A stretch of 57,627 bases of DNA from Candidatus Flemingiibacterium sp. (GCA_045587285.1 JAZNBZ010000160.1:1-57627); one strand, 5' to 3'. Positions 44,008-53,866 are shown, counted from the first letter of the stretch. Notes: generated from the sequence alone by a model not told the origin. Numbers and translations: made by a program.

Positions 44008-44348
44008 GCATATCGAAAACCACCAGCTAAGCCGGTGGCTTGTATAGGTTTTTGCCGTTGAGAAGTTCCGCGTGCCGCGGCAGCATTCTCCTGTGGGAGA
44101 AGGGGGACCACGCAGTGGTGGATGAGGAGTGCGATGCTCTTGGGGGGCACCTCATCCGTCAGCCGACAAGCGGCTGCCACCTTCCCCCACTGGGGAAGGC
44201 GTATGTTGAGTAGTCGCCGCATTTGCGGTAGCAGGGCAGATTTGCGTGTGTCAGACAATTCAGAGGGCGTTTAACCCTGCCGGTGCCACGCCCTTATAGG
44301 GCGGAGCAAACCACCGGATTCGACGGTGGTTATGATTGCATATCAAAA
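44006..44348. mobile_element. MITE-like insertion of about 315 bp flanked by a 14-bp direct repeat
   Basis: TTGCATATCGAAAC (44006-44019) and TTGCATATCAAAAC (44335-44348) flank the element. Its two ends are similar hairpins: AACCACCAGC-TAA-GCCGGTGG at 44019-44038 and AACCACCGG-ATTCGA-CGGTGGTT at 44308-44330. The interior carries REP-like units (44148-44200). Confidence 0.5.
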
Positions 44349-44373
44349 CGGGTGAGCGGTTTCGCTCACCCGT
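44344..44373 (-). terminator. intrinsic terminator of the PpiC-type isomerase gene
   Basis: Stem ACGGGTGAGCG/CGCTCACCCGT, followed by TTTTG on the minus strand. Confidence 0.75.
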
Positions 44374-44381
44374 TATCTATT

Positions 44382-45893
44382 TTATTTGCCGGTGTTGGGA
44401 TCGGGAATTGCTACGAGTACGTTAGCATCAAACTCAACGGGGTACGCCTCTGCCCATTCGGTGCTTAACTTTTCAAGCTCCTCGGTGATGATGTCGTTCT
44501 TTACGCTTGCCGTCCAAGCCTCGCCGCCTTCGCCGTCAAAGTACATAACGTGAACGCCGTATTCGCTCTCGACGATGCCCGTGTCGCCCGCCTTGCGGCC
44601 GTCCTCGAAGCACCAAGCGTCAAAGCTTTCAACCATATTACCCTCGGCAACGTTCATATAAAGACCGCCGTTGTAGTAAGAACCGGGATCCTCGGAATAC
44701 TCAAGTGCGAGAAGTGCGAAATCGTCAACCGTCGCACCGCCTGCCTTAAACTCTGCGAGAAGCTCCTCAGCCTTTGCAAGTGCGCCCTCGCGGTTTTCGT
44801 AGGTGTCATCGTAAAGGAGAATGTGACGAACGTTGATGGTTCTTGCCTCGTCACGGTATGCTTCCTTGGTGAGAAGGTATACGGTGTAGGTCTGATTTTC
44901 CTCGTCGATTATTACCTTTGTGTCACCCTCTGTTGCGGTGAATGCCCACTCAAGCGCCTCGTTGTCCTCAACGTAAAGCGCGCCCGTGGTTGCAACGGAA
45001 GCGAGCGTGGAGTCTATATTTCCATCGGTGATATCGGGGGTTTCTGCAAGAAGAACCTCGCGTGCAGACGCCTTAAAGTCGTCTAAGGTGGTAGTAGCAG
45101 CGAGCTTGTCCGCGAACGCCTTAACGTCGTCCTCGGTGATGATGACTGCCTGATCGCGGCCTGCCTTAACGTCGCTTCCGGACACTACGTAGTAAAGCGG
45201 GAAGGAAGCGTAGTCAACGTACTGATAGGTCTTGGTGCTTTCATCGTAGCGAGCGGCTACGGCTGCATCATCGGGAGTAAGCTCTGCTTCCTTGATGAAC
45301 TGATACTTGTAAGCGAGAGCCTCGAGAAGCTTCACGTTGTAAATGTCGTTATTGTTAGTGCCGCGACCGTAAAGACCGGTGTCCATACCGTCGGCACGGC
45401 TGCGTACTGCCGCAATCTCCGCATCGGTAAGGCTGACGCCGTCTGCCGCTGCCGCTTCGCAAAGCGCGAGCACGCTCGATGCGGTTTCCATAGCGCCCGA
45501 CATAAGGTAAGCGAACCAGCTTTCGCCCTCGGAGACCTCCTGAAGCTTGAGCGACATACTCGTGTCAAGTCCGAAGTATGCAACGTAGCTTCCGTAGTAG
45601 GAGAGGAACGAGTTGTAGGTATCGTTGAGCCAGTAGTTCATCATAGCGCCGTCAACGTCTATGTTCTTCGACGAGCCTGCGATCTCGCTTCTCAAATATT
45701 CGCCACGGTTAAGGCGAACGTTCTGTGCAACGCAGCCGCCTATGAGAGTGGCGAACAGAGCGGCGAGAAGCACCACGGTAACGATGGTGGTTATCTTGCG
45801 AACGCGGCGCTTATTGGCCTCGAATTTTTCAAGCTCAAGACGCTTCTGCTTTTTGTCAGCGTGCGCCTCGCGCTTACGGTTTCCTTTAGACAT
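44382..45893 (-). CDS. membrane-anchored peptidylprolyl isomerase (PrsA/SurA-like, PpiC-type rotamase)
   Basis: ATG at 45893 with a GGAG RBS (track start 45968 rejected). Lys/Arg-rich N-terminus, one TM helix, and a parvulin region (INVRHILL...GGLYMNV...GVHVMY). Confidence 0.75.
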   Translation of the reverse strand: MSKGNRKREAHADKKQKRLELEKFEANKRRVRKITTIVTVVLLAALFATLIGGCVAQNVRLNRGEYLRSEIAGSSKNIDVDGAMMNYWLNDTYNSFLSYYGSYVAYFGLDTSMSLKLQEVSEGESWFAYLMSGAMETASSVLALCEAAAADGVSLTDAEIAAVRSRADGMDTGLYGRGTNNNDIYNVKLLEALAYKYQFIKEAELTPDDAAVAARYDESTKTYQYVDYASFPLYYVVSGSDVKAGRDQAVIITEDDVKAFADKLAATTTLDDFKASAREVLLAETPDITDGNIDSTLASVATTGALYVEDNEALEWAFTATEGDTKVIIDEENQTYTVYLLTKEAYRDEARTINVRHILLYDDTYENREGALAKAEELLAEFKAGGATVDDFALLALEYSEDPGSYYNGGLYMNVAEGNMVESFDAWCFEDGRKAGDTGIVESEYGVHVMYFDGEGGEAWTASVKNDIITEELEKLSTEWAEAYPVEFDANVLVAIPDPNTGK

Positions 45894-46069
45894 AACTAAT
45901 CTCCATTCCGCCGCCAAATGGCGGCACAAAATATTTACAGTAACTATTTTAGCACATTTTTCTCCCATTATGTTGAACGAATTGTGAAGTTTGTCCGCTT
46001 TGGACGCTTTTTTGGAATAGTACGCCCTCCTGCGCGTAAAATATACAAAAAGCAGATTAGGAACGTGAT

Positions 46070-47149
46070 ATGGAGAAAAAGAAGCAGTTTTTAGTGTCCG
46101 CCGCCTACTACGTCAGCATCGCGGCGATAGTATTTTTCGCGGTAAAGTACGCGCTTAGCGCGGTTGCGCCGTTCGTCGCAGGCTTTTTGATCGCGGCTGT
46201 GCTGAATCCCGCCGTGCGCTTTTTTTGCTGTAGGTACAAGATGCGCCGCCGTGCGGCGGCTGTGTTCACGCTCCTATGCGTATACGCAACGCTCGGCACG
46301 CTGATGAGCCTTGGCGTACTGCGGCTTATAATATGGCTCGGAGACTTCTCGCAGGGGCTGCCCGAGCTTTACAAAGCGAGCGTTGAGCCTGCCATCGGAC
46401 GGGCGTACGAGTGGATAAGCACGCTCGTTTCTCGCTTTGCGCCGTCTGCCTCGGGCGAGGTAGTGGGCGGTATCAACGGCATATTCGAGGCATTCAGCAC
46501 GTCGCTCGGCAGTGCGGTGTCGGACGTATCCGTGCGTGCGCTGGCGGCGCTCTCAAGCGTTGCAACGGCGATACCGCGGATAGTAATTTCGCTTGGCTTT
46601 GCCGTTATATCAAGTTTTTTCTTTCTGCTTGACTTTGAGGCGGTGCTTGAATTTTTAAAAAGCCGACTGCCAAAAAAAGCAGTCGGCTTTATGAGCGAGC
46701 TTCGCGGCAAAGTTTTCCTTGCCGCGCTTAAATATATGCGCTCGTACGCGCTGATAATGCTTATTACCTTTGCGCTTTTATTCCTTGGTCTATCCCTGTT
46801 AAGAACTAAAAATGCGGCGGTGGCGGCACTTGTTATAGCGCTTCTTGACGTCCTGCCCGTTATAGGCACGGGACTTATTATTTTGCCGTGGTCCCTTATC
46901 TCAATGCTCGGCGGACGCGTCGGCTACGGTGTCGGGCTCATTATCATCTGGGCGGTGATTACCGTCACTCGAAATATTATCGAGCCTAAAATAGTTGGGA
47001 AGCAGGTTGGGCTTCATCCGCTCGTGACGCTTATCGCGATGTTCGTTGGGACGAAGCTTTTCGGATTCGTGGGACTCGTCGCCCTTCCGCTTGGGCTGTC
47101 GGTCGCGGCGTCCGTGATGCGCGAGCGCGGTCAGGACTCGGGGGAGTAG
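46070..47149 (+). CDS. AI-2E family transporter (YtvI-like sporulation integral membrane protein)
   Basis: 359 aa, about 8 TM segments. The C-terminal PKIVGKQVGLHPLVTLIAMFVG is typical of UPF0118/AI-2E proteins. Confidence 0.7.
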   Translation: MEKKKQFLVSAAYYVSIAAIVFFAVKYALSAVAPFVAGFLIAAVLNPAVRFFCCRYKMRRRAAAVFTLLCVYATLGTLMSLGVLRLIIWLGDFSQGLPELYKASVEPAIGRAYEWISTLVSRFAPSASGEVVGGINGIFEAFSTSLGSAVSDVSVRALAALSSVATAIPRIVISLGFAVISSFFFLLDFEAVLEFLKSRLPKKAVGFMSELRGKVFLAALKYMRSYALIMLITFALLFLGLSLLRTKNAAVAALVIALLDVLPVIGTGLIILPWSLISMLGGRVGYGVGLIIIWAVITVTRNIIEPKIVGKQVGLHPLVTLIAMFVGTKLFGFVGLVALPLGLSVAASVMRERGQDSGE

Positions 47150-49965
47150 TAGGGGTTGCTTATGCGCAGAGCCGTCATATTGAAGGCGTAGTCGTAAGCC
47201 TCGACGTAGATATACTTGCCCGTGAGCGTGCTCACGTCAAAGAAGGCATCGGACACCTGCTCTGCGTACACGCCGAGGCTGTCCACGACGCTTATGCGCG
47301 ATATGCCGACGGCATCCTCTGCCGATACGGAGAGCATCGGGCGTCCGTCTGCATCGAAGAAGTCGTACGAGCTTACCGTCGGCTTGGTGGCGTCGAGCTT
47401 TAACGTATAGGAGATGCTCTCCTCGCCGCCGCCCTTTACCGTGCGGTAGGTAATATCCACGAAATATTCGCCGTCGGGGTAGATATACGCCGGATTGTCC
47501 GCCGCTCTGCCGTCCCAGATGAATATCTGCGGCGAGGAAAGAGCGCCCGTCGAGGAGCTCTTGTAGGTTCGCATAAGGTCGCCGAGCGCCGCCTCCCGAA
47601 CGAGCACGCCGTCGCCGTCGCGCACGCTCACGCGTACGTCGCACACGCTTCTCAAAAGTCCGAGGTTTAAGTATACGCTCGCGTTCTCGCGGTCGTATAC
47701 GGGCGAGAAGATAAGCTCGTTTTCATTATATATTCTGTTTATGCCAAGCGTTCTTTCGCCGAGGACGCTTTTTTGCCTTTCGCCCTTTGCCGCCGAGAGA
47801 TAGCGGTAGAGATACGTTGCATCGTAGATGTACTGCTCGCCGCTGTAAACGTCTGCGTCGAGCGCAGGCGCGGCAGAGTAATCGCCGACGAAGCCGAGGT
47901 AGGGAATGCTTGCCGTTTCACCGTCGGCAGTCAGGCGAACGTATCCCTCAACGAAGAAGCCGTTCGTGAAGGTGTCACGGTAGCGCGTGTACGTTGCTTC
48001 ATCAATATAAACGGTCAGAGTAAAGGTACGGCTTGAGTGCGGCGCGAGCACGAACGTATGCGGCTCGTAATTCTCCGACGCGCGATTTAACTGATACATA
48101 AAATCGGCGAGCATAATTTTGGCGTCGCCAAGCTCTGTAAAGTGCCCGATGAACGCCTTTTCGTCGCTCGCGTCAAGTCCGAGACGCTCGTTAAGCGGCG
48201 TACCCTCCTCGCTCACGCCAAGCTCCTCAAAGCTTATCACCTCGTAGCTGTCCGAGCCGATGATAGCGTCAAGCGTGCACGTCTTTGACACGTCGGAAAG
48301 ATTGTGTGCGCTGACGCGAAGCTCGAAGATAGGTGCGCTGACCTCTCCAAGCTCAATTTTGTGCAGTCCGTCCGACGTGAGGACGAGCGAAGCGTCAAGT
48401 CCTGCCTGAAGGTCTATCACGCCGCCGCCCTGAATACGCGGAGAATAGAGCGTGCCCGACAGATACTCCATCTGCTCGGCAGACGACACGAGCAGGGAGC
48501 GAGTCATATTCATAAGCTCAACCTCGCTCGCACCTGGCATTTTTTCGGTAATGCGAGCCTTGAGCACGGCGTACGCGCCTGCAACCCTTGCCGCCGCACC
48601 GCGCGACGAGCTTATGCGCGTATATTCGCCGCCTGCGGTTGCACAATCGACGTACGAGCCTATAGCCGCGACGTCGGGCTTGAGTGAAAGCTCCGTCGTT
48701 GAGCCGTACGTCGTGTTACTCGATATAGACGGTGTCTTACGGGTATATACGGTGACCGAGTCGCCGTCTGAAAGCGTAACGCGCTTGTCGGCGGCGCTTC
48801 TCATAAGAGCGCCGTTTTCGCTTGAAATAATGACTGCGGGAACGGTAGCGCCCGTGAGGTCCATACGAAGGTTCAAGGCGGCGGTCTTATCCGCTTGATT
48901 GTCAACCACGACAAGTCCTATCGCGCCTGCCGCTGCGGCGTTTGCCGCCTTCTCGGCGAAGGTTATCTCACCGCGTCCGACCAGCGCGAGCTTGCCCGTA
49001 AGGTCGCCTGCCGCCGCAAAATCCGCAGGCGTTCCAAAGCCGCCGACGGGCACGTATTCGAGCGCTTTTCCGTTGAAAAATCCGTCGAAATCATTGCCGC
49101 CTGCCGTCGTGGGATACGAGGCGCTTGAGTCGCCGTAGGGTACCCTCGTCCCGTCGGCGAGCATGAGGCAGGGCGCCTCGAGCGTGTTTGCGTCGGCGCT
49201 CGTAACGGCGACGGTGGTTTTAAGGTAACCAGGCCACGCTATGGTGCCGACGTCGGGGGCTTCGGCGTCGATAAGGCTCATCTCGTATTCCTTTTCCCAA
49301 ACGCTGTCACTGCCGTAGGTCATAGCACTGCCTGCGGAGCATATTACCGCGACGCCGTTTGCTTCTGCGTTTTCGATAGCGAGATTTACGCCCTCCACGG
49401 CTTCCTTATCATCGAAGCCTTCCATTGAAACTATACCGATAAGTATAACGTCCGCGCCAAGTGCGACGGCGTCGTTTATAGCCGCCTCCATAGCGGACGC
49501 GGTGACGTAGCCGACCTTGTCGGAGTGCACCTTCATCGCGAATATCTGCGCCTCGGGCGCGACGCCCGTAGCACCTGCTTGGGGGCTTTCGAGCGACTTG
49601 CCGTTGCCTGCGGCTATAGAAATGAGGTTCGTACCGCTTGCGCCGATCACCGCGTGCGTTGCGTCCGCGTCGTTATCGCCGTAGTCGTAGGCAAAGGGTA
49701 TCTTGTCGCTGACGTAAAGCGTTTCGGGGACTGTCAACTTGTCGATGCCCGTTTTGTCGATAAGCGCGTCGGACGTTTCTTTGGTGACGTACGGCGCACC
49801 CGTTAGGGTGAAGGTTTCGTGAGAAAACTCAAAGCCGCGGTCAATAATGGCTATAGTCATACCCGCGCCGTCGTAGGTCTGCTCGCCGTTTTGCGCCCTT
49901 ATCGGCAAGACGGTTGCGAGCGTCAAAGCGGCAAGACACAGAGAAAATATTTTTTTGGGGTTCAT
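47131..49965 (-). CDS. secreted subtilisin-like (S8) protein with PA domain; catalytic motifs degenerate (probable pseudoprotease)
   Basis: Signal peptide MNPKKIFSLCLAALTLATVLPIRAQ. The Asp motif is AIIDRGF. The Asn-box reads CSAGS instead of AVGN. The Ser motif reads ISSSRGAAARVAG instead of SGTSMAAPxxxG. PA-like region is KLALVGRGEITFAEKAANA. The start overlaps the upstream gene's stop (TAATG). Confidence 0.7.
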   Translation of the reverse strand: MNPKKIFSLCLAALTLATVLPIRAQNGEQTYDGAGMTIAIIDRGFEFSHETFTLTGAPYVTKETSDALIDKTGIDKLTVPETLYVSDKIPFAYDYGDNDADATHAVIGASGTNLISIAAGNGKSLESPQAGATGVAPEAQIFAMKVHSDKVGYVTASAMEAAINDAVALGADVILIGIVSMEGFDDKEAVEGVNLAIENAEANGVAVICSAGSAMTYGSDSVWEKEYEMSLIDAEAPDVGTIAWPGYLKTTVAVTSADANTLEAPCLMLADGTRVPYGDSSASYPTTAGGNDFDGFFNGKALEYVPVGGFGTPADFAAAGDLTGKLALVGRGEITFAEKAANAAAAGAIGLVVVDNQADKTAALNLRMDLTGATVPAVIISSENGALMRSAADKRVTLSDGDSVTVYTRKTPSISSNTTYGSTTELSLKPDVAAIGSYVDCATAGGEYTRISSSRGAAARVAGAYAVLKARITEKMPGASEVELMNMTRSLLVSSAEQMEYLSGTLYSPRIQGGGVIDLQAGLDASLVLTSDGLHKIELGEVSAPIFELRVSAHNLSDVSKTCTLDAIIGSDSYEVISFEELGVSEEGTPLNERLGLDASDEKAFIGHFTELGDAKIMLADFMYQLNRASENYEPHTFVLAPHSSRTFTLTVYIDEATYTRYRDTFTNGFFVEGYVRLTADGETASIPYLGFVGDYSAAPALDADVYSGEQYIYDATYLYRYLSAAKGERQKSVLGERTLGINRIYNENELIFSPVYDRENASVYLNLGLLRSVCDVRVSVRDGDGVLVREAALGDLMRTYKSSSTGALSSPQIFIWDGRAADNPAYIYPDGEYFVDITYRTVKGGGEESISYTLKLDATKPTVSSYDFFDADGRPMLSVSAEDAVGISRISVVDSLGVYAEQVSDAFFDVSTLTGKYIYVEAYDYAFNMTALRISNPYYSPES

Positions 49966-52937
49966 TATCTGCCACTCCTTTCACGAAGCTCGCGTATGGA
50001 TACGCGTCCCACGAGAGCGTTGTACGCCTCGTCAATTATTTCATAGTAAACGATATCGCTCTTGATATCGGAAATATCGAACACCGCATCGCCGTCAGCC
50101 TCCAAGCGGCTTATGCCGTCAGAGCCGCCCTCGTATATGCGTATCGCCCTTACTCCGGAGTTGTCGTCTGCCGCTACGGTGAGCCTATTGCCCGAAAGGT
50201 ACATCTCGGTGAGTGTCGGCAGCTCGGTATCCAATTTTACGTTGTAGCTGAATTTCTGCGTGCTGTTTTCGCCGTAGTCGAGCGTGTAGACGACCTCGAA
50301 AATATAGTCGCCGTCGGGCATTTTGTAGAACGAGTGCATACCGTCGCCGCCGTCCCACGAGAAGTAGAATACGACCGCCTGATCCTTGCCCGCGGTTTTC
50401 GTGATAGTGTCCACCTTCGACGTGCGGATTATCTCGCCCTCGGCATCGTAGACGGTCATTACGGCATTTCGCGAATTTCTGATATGCGTTGCCGCGAAGA
50501 ATATTTCGTCAGCGTAGCCGTCGCCGTTTGGCGAGAAGGCGACCGTGTCGCCGCTAAATACCTCACCGCCTGCGAATATATTGGCGCCTGCCGGGGAAAA
50601 GCTGCCGTCTATTTCCAACATAAATTTGGTGCTTCCAAACATCGTGCTCTCGTTTTTGTAAGCGTCGCCGTCGGCAACGGAGCCGCTCGTGAAGTCGCCG
50701 ATGTAGCCCATATAAGGAAGGGAAACGGTCGCGCCTGCGGCTTCGCAGTAAACGAAGCCCTCGGCGAAATAGCCGTTTTTGAATATGCGCGAAAGACGGC
50801 TGTGGTATACTCTGTCGAGCGTGAACGTAAGCGTAACCGTCTTCTCTTCGCCCGCATTGAGCGTCAGAGCGAGCGGCGTGAAGCCCTCGCTGTAGCGGTT
50901 AATATTGCCCGAGCCGTCTGCCGTGACGTGCGATTTTTCGTCTGCCTCGGCATTCAGCGTACTGTAGTATTCACCGTTTTGCCTGATGTAACCGTCACTC
51001 GTGAGCGTTGCCGTGAGCGAAGCCTCGAGCGGCTCGTCGGTGAGATTTTTTAGCGTTACGTCAAAGGAAAACGCGTTGCCGAGCTTGTCGAAAAGCTCCG
51101 CCTTAGCCTTGCCGTTTTTGGCGTACGTTATCTCTATATTGCGCTCGAGCGCCGCGGATAGGTCGATGAGTCCGGCGCCCTGTGCACGCGGCGAATACTC
51201 GACGCCGTTCGACTGAAGGACGGGGGACGCCGTGTTGATTATTGCGTTCATAATGTCGCCCTCGCCGCTCTCGGTGCGCTGCTTTTCTACGAGCAGAGCG
51301 GTAATTCCCGTGAGCTGCGGAGCCGCCATTGACGTGCCCGACATAGTGCCGTAGCCGCCGATGACGGTGCTGTAAACGTAGCCGCCGACTGCCGTCACGT
51401 CAGGCTTCAGCGTGAGCGACGGAGTGGCTCCCCACGAGGAAAAATGCGATATCTTGCCCGCCGTTTCGGCGTTGTCAACGTATATGTATTCGGCGCTGAA
51501 GGAAAGCTTTTTTTCTTCTTTTGCGAGAAGCGCTTTGCCGTCCTCGAGCGTTATCGCGAGCGCGGGAATGCTCGCGCCCGTGAGGTCCATATTCGCGTAT
51601 TCGTTTGCTACGTTGTTGTAAATTATAGCGCCGAGCGCTCCGTGCGCCGCCGCGATATTCGCCTTCTCGGCAAAGGGTATCGTGCCGCGCTCGATTAACA
51701 CAAGCTTGCCATTTGCATCGATGCCCTCGTAATCCTTTTCCTCACCCACGCCGGGCACTGCAACGTATTCGAGAGTTTTGCCCTCGAAGTATTCGCTGAA
51801 CGTTATATCGATAACGCCCGACACGACGTTCGTGTCAAGATAGTGGTACGGCGTGCCGTCGGCACCCTTGAAATGCTCGCCGTAGATGACGGCGCTGTCC
51901 ACGCTCGCAACGGCGATCGCTTCGGCGGCAGTTGCAGGCGAGCTTACCGTGCCGTAATCGGTGTAGGCCGCGAGCGGCAGAGGGGTATCTGCTCGTGTTG
52001 TGGTAACGCCGTGGTTGCCCACTGCGCAGATAAGTGTAACGCCGCTCTCGCGAACCTTTTCTATAACCTTGTCAAGCCCGATGACTGACATATCCGCCGA
52101 GCCTGCGTAATGGCCGATGCTCAGGTTTATAACGTCCGCCTCGAGGCGTACCGCGTCCTCGAGCGCGGCTATAAGAGCGCTGTCCGTGGCGGTTTTTGCG
52201 CCGTCTGAAAAGACCTTCATAAGAAGAAGTTGGCAGTTCGGCGCGATGCCGTGCATTTCGCCCTCGTCGGCGGGCGCGGCGCCGATTATGCCTGCCACGT
52301 GCGTGCCGTGATTGGTTTTTTCGTCGAGCACGTTCGTGTCGCGGTCAGCGTAGTCGAACGCGAAGGGTATCTTCGCGCTGTGATAGAATTTCTGAACGTT
52401 GATAACGTATTTCATCGCGTTAAGACGCACGGGTATACCCGGCTTCATCGCGTACTCGGCAAGGTCGAGCGTTTCGGTCACCGTAACGTCGAAGGCGGGG
52501 TGCGTAACGTCGAAGCTGTTGTCGATGACGGCGACCTTTACGCCGTCGCCCGTCAGTCCGTCGGTCACGCTTTCCGTGACTCCCACGGACCTTGCCGCGA
52601 ACGTTTTTATTTCTTCGGCGGACAGCGCCTCGTACTCACCGACGCCGTAAACCGTGTCTACGAAGCCGATTGACGGCAGCGCGGACACGGAGCCTTCGGG
52701 CAGGGTAAGGCTGAAACCGCAAAGCAGCGTGTCGTATATATAGCCGTACTCGGCGCCCGGTATACGGCTCGTCAGCGTTTCGGCGCACTCGAGCGCGTAC
52801 GTATACGCATCGACACCCTCGGGCGCGTCGAGCGTTACGATGACCTCGGATGTTTCTATATTTTGGGGCAGGGCAGAGCCGCCAAAGGCGAGAAGCTGTG
52901 CCGTAATAAGAAGCGATGATAACAGAATGCTTTTCAT
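49965..52937 (-). CDS. secreted S8 family serine peptidase with PA domain (lactocepin/C5a-peptidase-like architecture)
   Basis: Signal peptide MKSILLSSLLITAQLLAFGGSA. The catalytic triad motifs are canonical: VAVIDNSF, NHGTHVAGIIGA, AVGNHG and SGTSMAAPQLTG. PA-like region is KLVLIERGTIPFAEKANIA. No LPXTG motif. Confidence 0.85.
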   Translation of the reverse strand: MKSILLSSLLITAQLLAFGGSALPQNIETSEVIVTLDAPEGVDAYTYALECAETLTSRIPGAEYGYIYDTLLCGFSLTLPEGSVSALPSIGFVDTVYGVGEYEALSAEEIKTFAARSVGVTESVTDGLTGDGVKVAVIDNSFDVTHPAFDVTVTETLDLAEYAMKPGIPVRLNAMKYVINVQKFYHSAKIPFAFDYADRDTNVLDEKTNHGTHVAGIIGAAPADEGEMHGIAPNCQLLLMKVFSDGAKTATDSALIAALEDAVRLEADVINLSIGHYAGSADMSVIGLDKVIEKVRESGVTLICAVGNHGVTTTRADTPLPLAAYTDYGTVSSPATAAEAIAVASVDSAVIYGEHFKGADGTPYHYLDTNVVSGVIDITFSEYFEGKTLEYVAVPGVGEEKDYEGIDANGKLVLIERGTIPFAEKANIAAAHGALGAIIYNNVANEYANMDLTGASIPALAITLEDGKALLAKEEKKLSFSAEYIYVDNAETAGKISHFSSWGATPSLTLKPDVTAVGGYVYSTVIGGYGTMSGTSMAAPQLTGITALLVEKQRTESGEGDIMNAIINTASPVLQSNGVEYSPRAQGAGLIDLSAALERNIEITYAKNGKAKAELFDKLGNAFSFDVTLKNLTDEPLEASLTATLTSDGYIRQNGEYYSTLNAEADEKSHVTADGSGNINRYSEGFTPLALTLNAGEEKTVTLTFTLDRVYHSRLSRIFKNGYFAEGFVYCEAAGATVSLPYMGYIGDFTSGSVADGDAYKNESTMFGSTKFMLEIDGSFSPAGANIFAGGEVFSGDTVAFSPNGDGYADEIFFAATHIRNSRNAVMTVYDAEGEIIRTSKVDTITKTAGKDQAVVFYFSWDGGDGMHSFYKMPDGDYIFEVVYTLDYGENSTQKFSYNVKLDTELPTLTEMYLSGNRLTVAADDNSGVRAIRIYEGGSDGISRLEADGDAVFDISDIKSDIVYYEIIDEAYNALVGRVSIRELRERSGR

Positions 52938-53058
52938 TTATGTTTTCCTCTTTTGTGGAGTATATGGCAATAATACCATTATAACAGCAAAATTCGAGCA
53001 AATCAAGTGCCGTCGGGTACACGCGCTCAATATTTACACATCGTTTATAAAATCGCGC

Positions 53059-53083
53059 AAAAAAGCCGACCGAAGCGGTCGGC
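53059..53083 (-). terminator. intrinsic terminator after the coaX-like gene
   Basis: GCCGACC-GAAGC-GGTCGGC stem, followed on the minus strand by TTTTTT (plus-strand A-run 53059-53064). Confidence 0.8.
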
Positions 53084-53089
53084 TTTTGA

Positions 53090-53866
53090 CTATTTTTGCT
53101 TTCGTTGGTTTTTTTCGTAAATTTTCGCAAGACCGATGAGAAGCACCGTGTCGTCGCATACGGTTTCGCGCTCGATAAGCCGTGCGATGCGCTCGCTGTC
53201 GCGTCCCGATACGATAACGCGCGTATTCACGCCGAGCTCGCGCTCGATACGCTCTATCATACCGTCAACCATAGCCGCGCCGCCGAAGATGCAACCGCTT
53301 TGCATACTTTCCATCGTGTTCGTGCCGATGCATTTTTTAGGCATCGACGCCGCAAATTCGGGCAGCAGGCTCGCGCCTTTTGAAAGTGCCTCTGCCGAGA
53401 GGGAAATGCCCGGTGCGATGGCGCATCCGACGAACGCGCCGTCGGCGTCTATTACCGAGAACGCGGTAGCCGCGCCGAGGCTTACGAGTATCATCGGACC
53501 GTCGTATTTGGAGAGTGCGCCGACTGCCGAGGCAACGAGGTCCGCGCCGAGCTGCGTCGGATCGTCGGTGAGTATGCGAAGTCCCGTTTTCGTGCCCGCG
53601 CCGAGCACGTGAGGACGCACGCCGAGAATAAGCTCGACGGCGTTTCGCATTTTTTCGGTGAGCGTCGGTACGACCGACGAGCATATCGCTCCCTCGAAGG
53701 AAGTTTTGTCAAAGCCGCGTAGCTCCAAAATTCCGCGAAGCAGGACTGCATATTCGTCGGCGGTTTTGCGCGTGTCCGTCGAAATTGAGGCGGTGGTAAC
53801 GAGCGTGCCGTCCTTGATAAGACCAAAGAGAATTTCGTCGTTTGCGACGTTGTATGTAAGGAGCAT
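53090..53866 (-). CDS. coaX: type III pantothenate kinase (CoaX) homolog with degenerate ASKHA motifs
   Basis: Collinear with CoaX: MLLTYNVANDEILFG, GADLVASAVGA, LVSLGAATAF, AIAPGI and GTNTMESMQSG. However, the DxGNT, GADR and DFGTAT motifs are altered (see findings). Confidence 0.7.
   Translation of the reverse strand: MLLTYNVANDEILFGLIKDGTLVTTASISTDTRKTADEYAVLLRGILELRGFDKTSFEGAICSSVVPTLTEKMRNAVELILGVRPHVLGAGTKTGLRILTDDPTQLGADLVASAVGALSKYDGPMILVSLGAATAFSVIDADGAFVGCAIAPGISLSAEALSKGASLLPEFAASMPKKCIGTNTMESMQSGCIFGGAAMVDGMIERIERELGVNTRVIVSGRDSERIARLIERETVCDDTVLLIGLAKIYEKNQRKQK

Noticed and set aside
42789-44258. 489-aa minus-strand ORF spanning the M23 gene and the downstream repeat element
   Set aside because: It is antisense to a well-supported M23 gene. 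Its 5' end runs through non-coding REP-like hairpins. The composition is Arg-rich and no motif is recognisable.
47131-47149. The 19-nt convergent overlap of the ytvI-like gene and the S8 pseudoprotease gene as a regulatory antisense arrangement
   Set aside because: Short 3'-end overlaps of convergent genes are common, and no structure or motif is present in the overlap. I found nothing checkable beyond the coordinates.
47131-52937. Csp-type germination-specific subtilisins (CspA/B/C), given the active plus pseudoprotease pairing in a sporeformer
   Set aside because: Both proteins have clear N-terminal signal peptides, PA inserts and lengths above 900 aa. This is a lactocepin/C5a-peptidase-like architecture, unlike the roughly 560-aa intracellular spore Csp proteins. 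The analogy is kept only as an analogy.
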